Shown in pieces: positions 18,885-28,883 of a stretch of 64,000 nt of DNA. The notes below the pieces were generated by a model that did no database searches, had not been told where the DNA came from, and saw only the letters and a program-made list of their open reading frames with translations. A program made the translations under genes and the position numbers. How positions within the stretch are numbered: position 1 is the stretch's first letter; each line of letters opens with the position of its first letter. Source of the DNA: an uncultured Desulfatitalea sp. (GTDB lineage: Bacteria; Desulfobacterota; Desulfobacteria; Desulfobacterales; Desulfosarcinaceae); assembly GCA_963668675.2 (NCBI GenBank), contig CAXXMB010000001.1, positions 1,504,001 to 1,568,000 of the forward strand, in the 5' to 3' direction.

Positions 18885-20312
18885 TCAGAGCGCAGGCCTG
18901 CGATCCTTCCATGGCCGGGCAGATTCCAACTGACCGGCCAGGCGAAACAGGGTGGCCTCTTCGCCGAAACGGGCCGAAAAAAGCATGCCGATCGGCAGGT
19001 TCTCTTTGCTCCAGCATAACGGTACGGACATGGAGGGTTGTCCGGTGGCGTTGAACAGGCCGGTGAATCCGAAATAGCTATAGAGGCGGCCCAAATAGCC
19101 GCGTACATCCTCTGATTGGGTGTCGAGATAGCCCAGGGGGACCGGCGGCTTCAACAGCACCGGGCTCAGGAGGATGTCGTAGGATTCGAAGAAACGCGCC
19201 ACCTGCCGTCCGGTATGGTGAATGGTTTCGATCGCTTTAATCAACTCCGGCGCACTGGCTTCTCTTCCGCTCTCGGCGGCGCGCCTGGTGACATACTCAA
19301 TATCCCTGTCGCCCAAGTCGCGGCCCAGTTGCGCGAGCCGTCCGTCAACCATGGCGGCCGTGTTGGCATTGATGATGGTGACCACGGCCTCCTGTAGGCG
19401 ATCGGCGTCGACGTGGGGCGCCGCTTCGCTGACCGTGTGGCCCAGATCGGTACAGAGCTGTGCGGTATCTTTCAGGGCCGCAACACACGCCTCATCAGCC
19501 TTAACGCCGCTGGGGGCGGTGGCGGTCATGGCAATACGTAAGGAACCTGGGGACTGAGACACTTCGGCCAGGAAGGAGCCGTCTGCGGCGGGCGCCCCAT
19601 GAGGATCTCCCAGGGAGCGTCCGGATGAGATGTCCAGAAAAAGGGCGCTGTCCCTCACCGAGCGTGAAATGACATGGTCGGTGCTCATACCGTTCCACCC
19701 TTCTCCCTGGGGAGGACCAGCGGGAATGCGACCACGGGTCGGCTTGAGCCCGAAGAGCCCGCAGCAGGATGCGGGGATACGAATCGAACCGCCGCCGTCG
19801 GAGGCGTGGGCCACCGGCACCATGCCGGAAGCCACTGCTGCTGCTGCCCCTCCGCTCGATCCACCTGTCGATCTTGTCTTATCCCAAGGATTTCGACATG
19901 CGCCATAAAGCGCAGGTTCGGTGGTGATGGTCAGGCCGAACTCCGGTGTATTGGTCTTGCCCATCACCACCAGACCGGCCTTTCGATAGCGCTCGACCAG
20001 CGTGCTGTCATGTTCGGCCATGAAGTCGGCGAAGAGCCGACTGCCGAAGCTGGTCGCAAACCCTGTATACAGAAGCCCCAGATCCTTGAGCAGCAGCGGG
20101 ACGCCCCTTAGCGGACCGTCCGGCAAACCGGCCTCGATGCGACTGCGGGCCTCTTCGTACATGGGCAGAACCACCGCATTGAGGACAGGGTTGTGACGAT
20201 CCACCCGTTCAATGGCGCACTCCAGCAGTTCCATGGGCGTCACATCTCCCTTTCGTACCAATTCGGCCAACCCCATTGCATCGTAGGTTTCATAATCGTT
20301 CAAGTTACTCAT
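18885..20312 (-). CDS. Amidase signature family protein
   Basis: [24 protein letters not shown] and [12 protein letters not shown] motifs. Confidence 0.93.
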   Translation of the reverse strand: MSNLNDYETYDAMGLAELVRKGDVTPMELLECAIERVDRHNPVLNAVVLPMYEEARSRIEAGLPDGPLRGVPLLLKDLGLLYTGFATSFGSRLFADFMAEHDSTLVERYRKAGLVVMGKTNTPEFGLTITTEPALYGACRNPWDKTRSTGGSSGGAAAAVASGMVPVAHASDGGGSIRIPASCCGLFGLKPTRGRIPAGPPQGEGWNGMSTDHVISRSVRDSALFLDISSGRSLGDPHGAPAADGSFLAEVSQSPGSLRIAMTATAPSGVKADEACVAALKDTAQLCTDLGHTVSEAAPHVDADRLQEAVVTIINANTAAMVDGRLAQLGRDLGDRDIEYVTRRAAESGREASAPELIKAIETIHHTGRQVARFFESYDILLSPVLLKPPVPLGYLDTQSEDVRGYLGRLYSYFGFTGLFNATGQPSMSVPLCWSKENLPIGMLFSARFGEEATLFRLAGQLESARPWKDRRPAL

Positions 20313-20364
20313 CTGTCACTCCTCTCATCGTAATTGGTAAACACGAATGTTTGCGCCCTTACCG

Positions 20365-20730
20365 TCACTCCAGAGATTGGTAGCAATCGGAGCGAAACGG
20401 CGGTGAACACACGGCATAGAAAAGAAGATCCTCCCTGCCGTTGTTTTCAATGCGCTGGCATTCGCCTGCGGGAATGCGAACCACATCGCCCGCAACAACA
20501 TCGACCGGAGGGGCGTCGCCGATCTGCACCCTCCCCCGGCCGCTGACGATAATGTATCGTTCGGCGATGCCATCCAGTTTGTGCCAGGCCGTGGTGATAC
20601 CCGGCTCGACCCTTGCCCGGGCGATGGAGAGATGCTCATCCCCCTCATCATTTGCGATCTCCTTGATATGGCATCGCTCTTGGGTGGTGAACTCCACGGC
20701 ATCCCGGTCCCGTTTGATCTCAGAGCGCAT
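20365..20730 (-). CDS. Cupin domain protein
   Basis: WHKL...ERYIIVSG.G...GDVVRIPAG cupin motifs. Confidence 0.85.
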   Translation of the reverse strand: MRSEIKRDRDAVEFTTQERCHIKEIANDEGDEHLSIARARVEPGITTAWHKLDGIAERYIIVSGRGRVQIGDAPPVDVVAGDVVRIPAGECQRIENNGREDLLFYAVCSPPFRSDCYQSLE

Positions 20731-20846
20731 GATGTTCTCTCCATCTGTCGAAAATTACAGAGATCCACTCAACTTTCTGAACGCTGTTCATAATTATCCA
20801 ATATACAGAGGAGCGACAGGAAAAGCAAAGGGGGGGTCGAAAAGAA

Positions 20847-22232
20847 TTAGCTGGAGGGGTGCACGGGCAGTTGGATCTCAACCATCAATCCACCCCCGGG
20901 ACGATTTTTGGCCTGGATTTGTCCTTTGTGCATGGAGACAGCGCGGTTGGCGATAGCCAGTCCCAATCCCGCCCCCCCGCTGGCCCGGGGAGGCTGGTTG
21001 ACCGCCCGGTAGAAAGGCTGAAACATGTTCCTCAGCTCTTCATCGGTCACGCCGGGCCCGGCATCTGAGATGTTCACCACGGCCGCCTTTTGCCCTCCAG
21101 GTTCGGCAACGACCTTCTGGACGATTTCAACCTGGGTGCCGACAGGCGCAAACCGCAGGGCGTTGCGCACCACGTTCTCGATGGCGCTGCGCACCAGGTT
21201 GCCATCCGCGCTTAGGGTGCACCTCTGCTCACATGTAAAGGAGACGGAACAGTCGCGCGACTGTCCCTCGAAGCGCGCATCCTGTGCAACGCGGGTGATG
21301 ATCTTCTCCAGTTCAACGGAACGCATCTGCATCGCCATATCGGCGTTCTCCAGGCGGGAGAGGGTGAGCAACTGGGTGATCAGACGGCTAAGCTTGTCCG
21401 TCTCCTGGCCGATGCGCAGAAGGAATCGCCTGGCCTCCTCACCGGTATGCTTCTTGGATATTTCGAACGCCACATTGAGGCGTGTCAGGGGCGAACGCAA
21501 CTCGTGGGCCACATCGCGCAACAGCCGCTCATGGGCATTCATCAGGGTTTCGATGCGGGTGGCCATTGCATCGAAGTCCTTGCCCAGATTGGCGATCTCA
21601 TCCTTGCGCTTGCCGATTTGGTGGCCGACCCGGACGCTCAGCTCTCCCTGGGCGAATCGCCGCACGGCAGTCTGCAGTTTTTTGATCGGAGCGGCCAGAT
21701 GCCGCGTGAGAAGCAAACACACCAACCCGGAGGCGGCCAGCGCTGCCAGCAATCGCATGATGTGCCCCCTGCTCAATGTGAAGAAGTAGCGCAGCACCCC
21801 CATGGGCAGTTCGAGTATGGCCACATAGGACCGGCCGCTGCTGCTGGTTGTCTTTACCGCGATCAGCGGATGGCTGAAGAGGTTCTTGAACTGGGGCGAA
21901 ACGCCCGTAAGTGTTTGTAATGCCAGTTCCTTACCTCCAGCCGGCAGGCTTGCTGCACGCAGCGCTTTGCCTTGATCGTTGACCAGGTAGAGGTGAAATG
22001 CGGAGATGGTTTCGATATTGCTCAGCAGATCACCCAAGGCATCGGGATCTCCGCGTTCATGCATATCGGCGCCGAGGCGACCGGTGGTGGAGAGGTTGTA
22101 CATGAAGTAATTGGTGGCCTGGACCACGAAGGTCTGGGAGGGGAAGAAGATGGTAACGCCCATGATGGCGATGCCCGAGACGATAATCGCCAGCCAGAAC
22201 CACAGAAAAATTTTGAGGGAGAGACTGTGCAC
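20847..22232 (-). CDS. CpxA-like HAMP sensor histidine kinase
   Basis: Two TM segments, HAMP, HELRSPL, ENVVRNA, DAGPG and GLGLAI motifs. Confidence 0.92.
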   Translation of the reverse strand: MHSLSLKIFLWFWLAIIVSGIAIMGVTIFFPSQTFVVQATNYFMYNLSTTGRLGADMHERGDPDALGDLLSNIETISAFHLYLVNDQGKALRAASLPAGGKELALQTLTGVSPQFKNLFSHPLIAVKTTSSSGRSYVAILELPMGVLRYFFTLSRGHIMRLLAALAASGLVCLLLTRHLAAPIKKLQTAVRRFAQGELSVRVGHQIGKRKDEIANLGKDFDAMATRIETLMNAHERLLRDVAHELRSPLTRLNVAFEISKKHTGEEARRFLLRIGQETDKLSRLITQLLTLSRLENADMAMQMRSVELEKIITRVAQDARFEGQSRDCSVSFTCEQRCTLSADGNLVRSAIENVVRNALRFAPVGTQVEIVQKVVAEPGGQKAAVVNISDAGPGVTDEELRNMFQPFYRAVNQPPRASGGAGLGLAIANRAVSMHKGQIQAKNRPGGGLMVEIQLPVHPSS

Positions 22233-22264
22233 CCGGCAACCTCTTTCGGCATGTCCGATAGAAT

Positions 22265-22987
22265 TTATCGCGAGGGAGTCATATCATCTGTGGCGTAGAC
22301 ATAACCTTCGCCGCGGATCGACTTGATGGGATTTGCGGCACCAGCCGCCGATCCCAGTTTCTTTCTCAGCTTGCTAACATGGACATCGATGCTGCGGTCG
22401 TCTGGTGAATAGTCCCGCCCCAATACCTCTCGATTCAGCTCCTCGCGGCTCACCACCTCGCCAGGGCTTGAGAGCAGGGCCTTGAGCAGACTAAATTCGG
22501 CGGCAGTCAGCTCAATCTCGGCGCCACTGCGCATGACCCGGCGGGAGAGCAGCTCCATCTCTATCCCTCCGACACAGAGGCGCCTGTTTTCACTGCCCTG
22601 CCCTTGGGCGCTCCCCTCTTTTTTAATCCGCCGCAAGATGGCCCGAATCCTGGCCACCAGCTCACGTGGATTAAACGGCTTGCCCAGATAGTCATCCGCC
22701 CCGATCTCCAACCCCACGATGCGGTCCACCTCATCGCTGCGGGCGGTGAGCATCAGTACCGGTACTTCGCTCTGTTTCCGGATCTTCTGCAGCACCTCAA
22801 AGCCGTTGGCACCTGGCAGCATGACATCCAAAACAATCAGTGCATAGTCGCCCGAACGCGCCATGTCGGCGCCTTCAATGCCGTGATGGCAGGTATCAAT
22901 CCCAAACCCTTCGTCCGTAAGATACTCTTCGAGCAGCGCACACAGTTCGGTGTCATCGTCAATCAGCAATAGTGTTTCAGAAGTCAT
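22265..22987 (-). CDS. CpxR-like OmpR-family response regulator
   Basis: REC domain (LDVMLP, GADDYLGKPF) plus winged helix (DRSIDVHVSKLRKKL). Confidence 0.93.
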   Translation of the reverse strand: MTSETLLLIDDDTELCALLEEYLTDEGFGIDTCHHGIEGADMARSGDYALIVLDVMLPGANGFEVLQKIRKQSEVPVLMLTARSDEVDRIVGLEIGADDYLGKPFNPRELVARIRAILRRIKKEGSAQGQGSENRRLCVGGIEMELLSRRVMRSGAEIELTAAEFSLLKALLSSPGEVVSREELNREVLGRDYSPDDRSIDVHVSKLRKKLGSAAGAANPIKSIRGEGYVYATDDMTPSR

Positions 22988-23115
22988 ACGCTTTACCCGG
23001 AGCTTCGTCGTGACCGGCGCCGCCCTTCATTTAAACTTGACACTTCCCGCTTATAGCCTCCGGCAATGCCGGTGTATTATGATTATCACCTTACCACCGT
23101 TCGAACAACTTGGGT

Positions 23116-23161
23116 GTTAAGTTTTGTAAATAAACATTGCCCTTTCTTTACGCTATTTTGC
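23116..23161. promoter_or_regulatory. Two putative CpxR-type boxes
   Basis: GTTAA-N5-GTAAA on + (23116-23130) and GCAAA-N5-GTAAA on - (23147-23161). The E. coli CpxR consensus is GTAAA-N5-GTAAA. Confidence 0.5.
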
Positions 23162-23364
23162 ATTACTTAACTTCACATCTCGACACACTGGCGATAGGTA
23201 TGGAGCATAACGATTCCATCAAGCGAAGGAGACGGAATGCACAAAATAGGGCCTCGTCGCCAATATATAGCCATCCAACGGCTCACGGAAATGTGGTCTG
23301 GCTTCGACCGGGGCGGCCGCGGCAGGGAAGTTCCACAACCGCAATAACACAAAGGAGGAGATCG

Positions 23365-24153
23365 ATGAAAAAATTGACAACACTGATTGCCGTAATCTCT
23401 TGCTGCGCCCTGCTGGCGTGTGGCACTGGAGGAACCACCGACGGAGGATCGCTGGACACCTCGGATGAATTGACAACAAGGGAGCAGGCCGAGATCGTCG
23501 CTTCCGCCCTCTCATCGGATCAAGGCGGCCTTGGAGAGGACATCGAAATCATCGCAGACATTCCGAACCAGGCGACCCGCCAGAGCGTCGGCAGTGAACT
23601 GGAGCGCGATGCCAATGCATTCCTTACGGTATCGGCCTCGCTCTACTTCTATGACAGCGAGGGCAACCTCCAAGAAGAATACGATGCGGCTACCACTGAC
23701 AGGATCGACTACGAAAGCTCGATCGAGGGCGACTTCACCAGCGCGATCCTCTTTTTCCAGGAACTGGAGATCGACAATTCGTCCGACCTCATGGTGAACG
23801 ACCTTCTTTCGGACATCATCACCATCGACGGCAGTCACAGCAACCGCTCCTCCTATCGACGAATCAACCCGATTCTCCTTTCCGAAGTGACCTTCGACCT
23901 GGATTGCAACCTGTTGATCGCGGGCCTTACGGTTGACCTCACTGCGATCGACACCTTTCCCGAATCCGGAACCATCGAGGGGTCGATCTCCGGTACATAC
24001 GAACGCGACATGCCGTTCAGTCACGTGACCAAGCGGCTCCACTTCGATTTTATCGCCGTTTACCAAGGCGATAACACCGCGGAGGTGGAGTTGAGCAACG
24101 GGACGATCTTCAGGATCCACCTCGTTACCGGTGAGGTGATGGATCTGGACTAA
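23365..24153 (+). CDS. Hypothetical acidic lipoprotein
   Basis: AAGGAGGAG RBS and signal peptide MKKLTT...LLAC lipobox. Predicted beta-rich. The ORF-track upstream extension is unlikely. Confidence 0.8.
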   Translation: MKKLTTLIAVISCCALLACGTGGTTDGGSLDTSDELTTREQAEIVASALSSDQGGLGEDIEIIADIPNQATRQSVGSELERDANAFLTVSASLYFYDSEGNLQEEYDAATTDRIDYESSIEGDFTSAILFFQELEIDNSSDLMVNDLLSDIITIDGSHSNRSSYRRINPILLSEVTFDLDCNLLIAGLTVDLTAIDTFPESGTIEGSISGTYERDMPFSHVTKRLHFDFIAVYQGDNTAEVELSNGTIFRIHLVTGEVMDLD

Positions 24154-24612
24154 TCGACGAAATAGCATGATACAGCGCTTCTCTGTCGCCCTTGGCGGGA
24201 TGGGGAAGCGCCATTTGTCTGCGCCCGGACCTGTCCATCTGTCATCCGGGCGTCTCGAATTCTCCCCTTCCGCTATTTCCCCCTCCTTGGCTTGAGACCG
24301 TTCGACCCGCCGCCCTAAAACCGGCTTTCTCCGGATCACAAATCCCCACCGAGGCCGATATGCCACTGTTCAAAAGCGGACTTGCTCATTTTGGCATGAT
24401 TTTATATATATAGGTCCATCAGTCAAGAAACCCACCAACGGGTTTTCAATAAGATTGCTACCGTTAAAACAGAATACCGAAACGCGCATTGGGGATTGCC
24501 GCCCGTTTCCAGGACAGAGGCGGAACGGATGCTCGAACAGATAATCGCTGACTGGGCGGCCATCCCAAAGAAAAACTAACGAATTGTTATTATAGCAAAA
24601 AAACATTTCACC

Positions 24613-27195
24613 ATGCTAAAAAAGATTCTTGTTGCACCGATCATCCAAATTGCGATCCTCACGCTACTCATACTGGTCGGCATGGTCTCCTCCATCTGCC
24701 CCTGGGCCGCGTTGGAAAACGCCAACTATAACTTCTGGTCCGCCCATTTCCGAGCGCCGGACCATCAACCCATCGCGATCGTGGCGATCGACGAAAAGAG
24801 CATCATCCAACTCGGGGACTGGCCCTGGCCCCGCGCTCGCATCGCTTCGATGGTGCAACTCCTCTCTGCACACGGGGCCGCAGCCCAGGGCATCTGCCTC
24901 TTGTACGCACATCCGGACCAGAATCCCGGCCTCGTCGAGATCAAACTGTTGCGAGAGAAGGTGGCCAAACAGAAGTGGCCGGGTGGAAAACGGGCGGCCC
25001 AACAGATCGACCGCATGCTGGAAGCGGCGCAGAGAGAGTTGAACCAGGATAGGGAGCTGATCAACACCATTCGCAAGGCGAAAAATGTGGTGCTTCCGAT
25101 CCGTTTGACATCCCAGGGGGCAATGCCTCCGACGGATGCGGTACAGGGCATGCTGGTGATCAACTCCTTCGGCGCCGATTCCCTGCCCATCGAGGGAGAT
25201 GCGGACGCATGGTCCTTAAACCGCCTCCTCGCCGGCCCCCAGAAGGGGCCGCAAAGTGCCCGTGGTATTATCCAGACCTTTGACGAACTGGCCAAGAAAT
25301 CGGGTGCCCTGGGGCATGTCAACATCTATGAGGACGCAGACGGATCGGTGCGCCACGCACCGCTGCTAATCGATTTCGGGGAGCGTATCTTTCCCAGCTT
25401 TGCCCTGCAACTGGCCATCAAGCACATCGACGGTAAGCTATGGAATTTAAAGGTGAGCCAAGACTTTTTCGGTTTTCCCATCCTGAACATCAAGCACCTT
25501 CATCTGTCGACGGACAGCAGCCACCAGGTGATGGTCAATCTGAACCGGGAGTGGACCGACCAACGGACCTACTCATTTGCCGATGTGCTCGACGGGACCA
25601 TCGATGCTGAGCTGTTTAAAGATAAAATTGTTCTGATTGGGCTGACCGACCCCGACGCAACCCAAACCTACCGTATCAGAACCAACGAGAAGGCCTCGGC
25701 TGTGGAGATTCACGCCAATCTCCTGGCAGGCCTTCTCTCTAATGTGAATCTCTCCAGACCCTCCTGGGCCCACTGGCTGGAGCTGATGGTACTGCTTTAC
25801 TTCGCATTTTTTCTCATCTTTTTTATCCCCCGGGTAAATGCCCCGGTCGGCGGCGCCATACTGGCCCTCTTTATGGCCACCTGGTATGCCATGGGAGCCA
25901 TCCTTTTGATGGGCTACGGCTACTGGATCAAAATGTACGCCCCGATTCTGCTGGCCTGCATCGGCTTTCTGGCCATTCAGTGGACCATCGTATCGCGCAA
26001 CCGGCAGCAGGAGAAACTTGAAGCCTACCGCGCCCTCGGGCTGTCGTACCAGGGCCAGGGCATGCTGGACATGGCTTACGATAAATACATGCAGTGTCCG
26101 GTTGAGGACGAAACGGTCAAGAACCTGCTCTATAATCTGGCCCTCGACTTCGAACGAAAACGAATGTTCAACCGGGCTCTGGCCATCTACGAGCACATCT
26201 GTGCGAATGGGACCTTCAAGGATATCGAAAAACGCAGGGAACGCCTAAAACCCCTGGACAGCACCATCGCATTGAGCGTCAATGGCCCCCGTAGCGAGAC
26301 GCCCCTCATGATGGATGACACTGGAATCAAACCGACCTTCGGACGCTACGAAATCACCCAGGAGCTGGGGCGGGGCTCCATGGGCACGGTCTACCTGGGC
26401 CGGGATCCTAAAATCAACCGTGAAGTGGCGATCAAAACACTGGAATATTCAGAGGTTTCGCCGAGGGAACTCGAAGAGGTCAAGGCGCGCTTTTTCAGGG
26501 AGGCAGAAGCGGCCGGCAAACTGGCCCACCCCAACATCGTCTCCATCTTCGATGTGGGTGAAGAGCACGACATGGCCTATATCGCCATGGAGCTTCTCAG
26601 TGGCGACGACCTGACCCACCACTGCCAGATGGATAACCTGCTGCCCTTTGACAGCACTCTGGACATCATCGCCGACGTCTCTGCGGCCCTCGATTACGCT
26701 CATGCCCAGGGGGTAGTCCACAGGGATATCAAGCCGGCCAATATCATGGTGCTCGATGACGGACGGGTCAAAGTGACCGATTTCGGCATCGCACAGGTGA
26801 TGGATGCCTCCCAAACCAGCACCGGTGTCATCCTGGGAACCCCCAACTACATGTCGCCCGAGCAGGTCTCCGGCACTCAGGTGGATGGGCGTTCCGATCT
26901 ATTCTCCTTGGGAGTCGTTTTTTACGAACTGCTCTCCGGAACCAAACCTTTCAGGGGCGATTCGATTAATGCCATCATGTACGCCATCAACCACAATGAC
27001 CACATACCGCTGGCCGAAAGCGCCCCCGATGGCCCCGAGTGCTGCAGTGCGATCATCAACCGACTGCTTGCCAAGCAGGCCGATGACCGTTTTTCAAACG
27101 CAGGGGAGCTCCTGGAGGCCATCAAAGCGTGCAGGGCCAGCCTGGATGAAGCGGCCCCCCGCATCGATGCCCCTTCCGAAACGATCAGCGAATGA
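24613..27195 (+). CDS. CHASE2-domain membrane Ser/Thr protein kinase
   Basis: IVAIDEKSI..LGDWPWPR (CHASE2), three TM segments, a TPR-like segment and Hanks kinase motifs LGRGSMG, VAIK, HRDIKPAN, DFG and GTPNYMSPE. Confidence 0.93.
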   Translation: MLKKILVAPIIQIAILTLLILVGMVSSICPWAALENANYNFWSAHFRAPDHQPIAIVAIDEKSIIQLGDWPWPRARIASMVQLLSAHGAAAQGICLLYAHPDQNPGLVEIKLLREKVAKQKWPGGKRAAQQIDRMLEAAQRELNQDRELINTIRKAKNVVLPIRLTSQGAMPPTDAVQGMLVINSFGADSLPIEGDADAWSLNRLLAGPQKGPQSARGIIQTFDELAKKSGALGHVNIYEDADGSVRHAPLLIDFGERIFPSFALQLAIKHIDGKLWNLKVSQDFFGFPILNIKHLHLSTDSSHQVMVNLNREWTDQRTYSFADVLDGTIDAELFKDKIVLIGLTDPDATQTYRIRTNEKASAVEIHANLLAGLLSNVNLSRPSWAHWLELMVLLYFAFFLIFFIPRVNAPVGGAILALFMATWYAMGAILLMGYGYWIKMYAPILLACIGFLAIQWTIVSRNRQQEKLEAYRALGLSYQGQGMLDMAYDKYMQCPVEDETVKNLLYNLALDFERKRMFNRALAIYEHICANGTFKDIEKRRERLKPLDSTIALSVNGPRSETPLMMDDTGIKPTFGRYEITQELGRGSMGTVYLGRDPKINREVAIKTLEYSEVSPRELEEVKARFFREAEAAGKLAHPNIVSIFDVGEEHDMAYIAMELLSGDDLTHHCQMDNLLPFDSTLDIIADVSAALDYAHAQGVVHRDIKPANIMVLDDGRVKVTDFGIAQVMDASQTSTGVILGTPNYMSPEQVSGTQVDGRSDLFSLGVVFYELLSGTKPFRGDSINAIMYAINHNDHIPLAESAPDGPECCSAIINRLLAKQADDRFSNAGELLEAIKACRASLDEAAPRIDAPSETISE

Positions 27196-27444
27196 GACGG
27201 TTCGCCCGGAAATTTGGACGCTGACACTTCGACAGATCAGACCTTGCCCTGCAAGTGCTGAGGGTATCCATAAATTTGCTTGGGCAATTGCCACCAATTT
27301 GTTACTGTCCTCCTATCGCCGCCCCCAATGCCCAGCATAGGATCGACGGCGGTCCCCAATAGGTATCCTCAGACATCAAGCGATCCGGGACCGGAAACAA
27401 CTCCGTTCCGGAGGATCGCCGAACTCCGGTGAAGGAGACGAGCA

Positions 27445-27825
27445 ATGGCGATACTCGTACTTGTACATGAAGGCTTGACCATAAAAAAGATCCCTCTGGA
27501 AAAATCGGAAATTTACATCGGAAGGAATGCGGATTGCGATATCTTCCTGGATGACAAACTGGCCAGCCAGAGGCACGCAAAAATCACGATGACTGAAAAC
27601 CGCGAGCAGGATGGCGCCCTGGAGCACCACATCGAGGACCTGGAGAGCACGAACCACACGTACGTCAACAGCGAAGAGATCACCCACAAGAAGCTAACAC
27701 ACAACGACACCGTTCGAATCGGCAAGCATGTCTTTAAATTTATCGACGAGAAGGAAGCCTTGGCAGACAAGACCACCAAATTGCATAAAAGCTGGATTCC
27801 AGGCGTATACTACACAAAGGATTAA
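27445..27825 (+). CDS. FHA domain protein
   Basis: IGR, SQRHA and DLESTNHTYVN motifs. Confidence 0.92.
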   Translation: MAILVLVHEGLTIKKIPLEKSEIYIGRNADCDIFLDDKLASQRHAKITMTENREQDGALEHHIEDLESTNHTYVNSEEITHKKLTHNDTVRIGKHVFKFIDEKEALADKTTKLHKSWIPGVYYTKD

Positions 27826-28730
27826 TGCACTCTGGATTCCCCACCCGTCCTTTCAAGGATAAAGCGAACGACCTCCTCTATGGCCTCACGCCCTTCGGGC
27901 AGGATCGCCGAAAAGAGCTGCCACACATGCACCATCTGGTCCCATACTTCCAATGAGACCTCCACACCAACCGTTTTGGCATTGGCTGCCAATCGCCTGC
28001 TGTCATCCAGAAGTACTTCCGACGATCCCACCTGGATCAGCAGGGGCGGCAATCCGGTCAGATCTCCGAAAACCGGTGATGCAAATGGGGTTTTCGGATC
28101 TTCACCGGCCAGGTAAGCGTCGGCCAGCTCCAGAATGGGTGCCTTCTGAACAATCGGATCCTCTTCGGCTTTGGTCCGATAGCTGTCACCGCTGGCAGAC
28201 AAATCCGCCCATGGCGAGAGGCAGACGCCGGCGGCAGGAAGCGTAATATCCTTCTCTCTGAGATGCATCATGGTTGCAAGCGTCAGGCCGCCGCCAGCGG
28301 AATCGCCGGCAATGATCAGTCGCTCCGGCGAATAGCCCTGGGAAAGCAGCCACTGGTAAGCCTTGACAGCGTCCTCCAGTGCGGCCGGGAAAGGGTTTTC
28401 CGGTGCGAGCCGGTATTCGATCATGAGCGCTTTGGCTTGAAGACCGTTTGCGATATAGGAGACCATGCTCTGGTGGGTGAGGTTTGAGCCGAGGCAGTAT
28501 CCGCCGCCATGCAAAAAAAGCACGACCAAGTCCGATGAGATTTCAGCCGGGAGCAACCACTGGGCATTGATATGATCCATGGGGACCGGTTCACAGATAA
28601 CACCTTCCACCATGGGAAGTTGGGCCAGTTTTTCCTCCAAATTGATTCTGCGGCTTTCGAAAGAGGTATCATTCGGTTCGGGCAAGACCTCTAACAGGTG
28701 CATCAGGTCATCAAACGCTTTGCTTGGCAT
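27822..28730 (-). CDS. Alpha/beta hydrolase (HSL-family esterase or lactone hydrolase-like)
   Basis: HGGG, YRLAPENPFPA and GDSAGG motifs. Confidence 0.92.
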   Translation of the reverse strand: MPSKAFDDLMHLLEVLPEPNDTSFESRRINLEEKLAQLPMVEGVICEPVPMDHINAQWLLPAEISSDLVVLFLHGGGYCLGSNLTHQSMVSYIANGLQAKALMIEYRLAPENPFPAALEDAVKAYQWLLSQGYSPERLIIAGDSAGGGLTLATMMHLREKDITLPAAGVCLSPWADLSASGDSYRTKAEEDPIVQKAPILELADAYLAGEDPKTPFASPVFGDLTGLPPLLIQVGSSEVLLDDSRRLAANAKTVGVEVSLEVWDQMVHVWQLFSAILPEGREAIEEVVRFILERTGGESRVH

Positions 28731-28883
28731 GCGATGTTCCTCTCAACTACAAGTGTCCCGATTTCATCATGAGGTAGCTGCGGATCACCCCACCCTATCG
28801 GTCAACTATCAGGCCGGCGTTTACCATTTGAGGGGCAGGTCGGTCCCTGCCCCTTTATCTGTCTGTCATGGGTCTCATGGATA

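Noticed and set aside
23137..23364. N-terminal 76-codon extension of the lipoprotein ORF
   Set aside because: The strong RBS and signal peptide begin at ATG 23365, and the upstream part overlaps the promoter region.
24390..24410. TGGCATGATTTTAT as a sigma-54 promoter for the kinase
   Set aside because: The -24 half is good but the -12 GC is missing.
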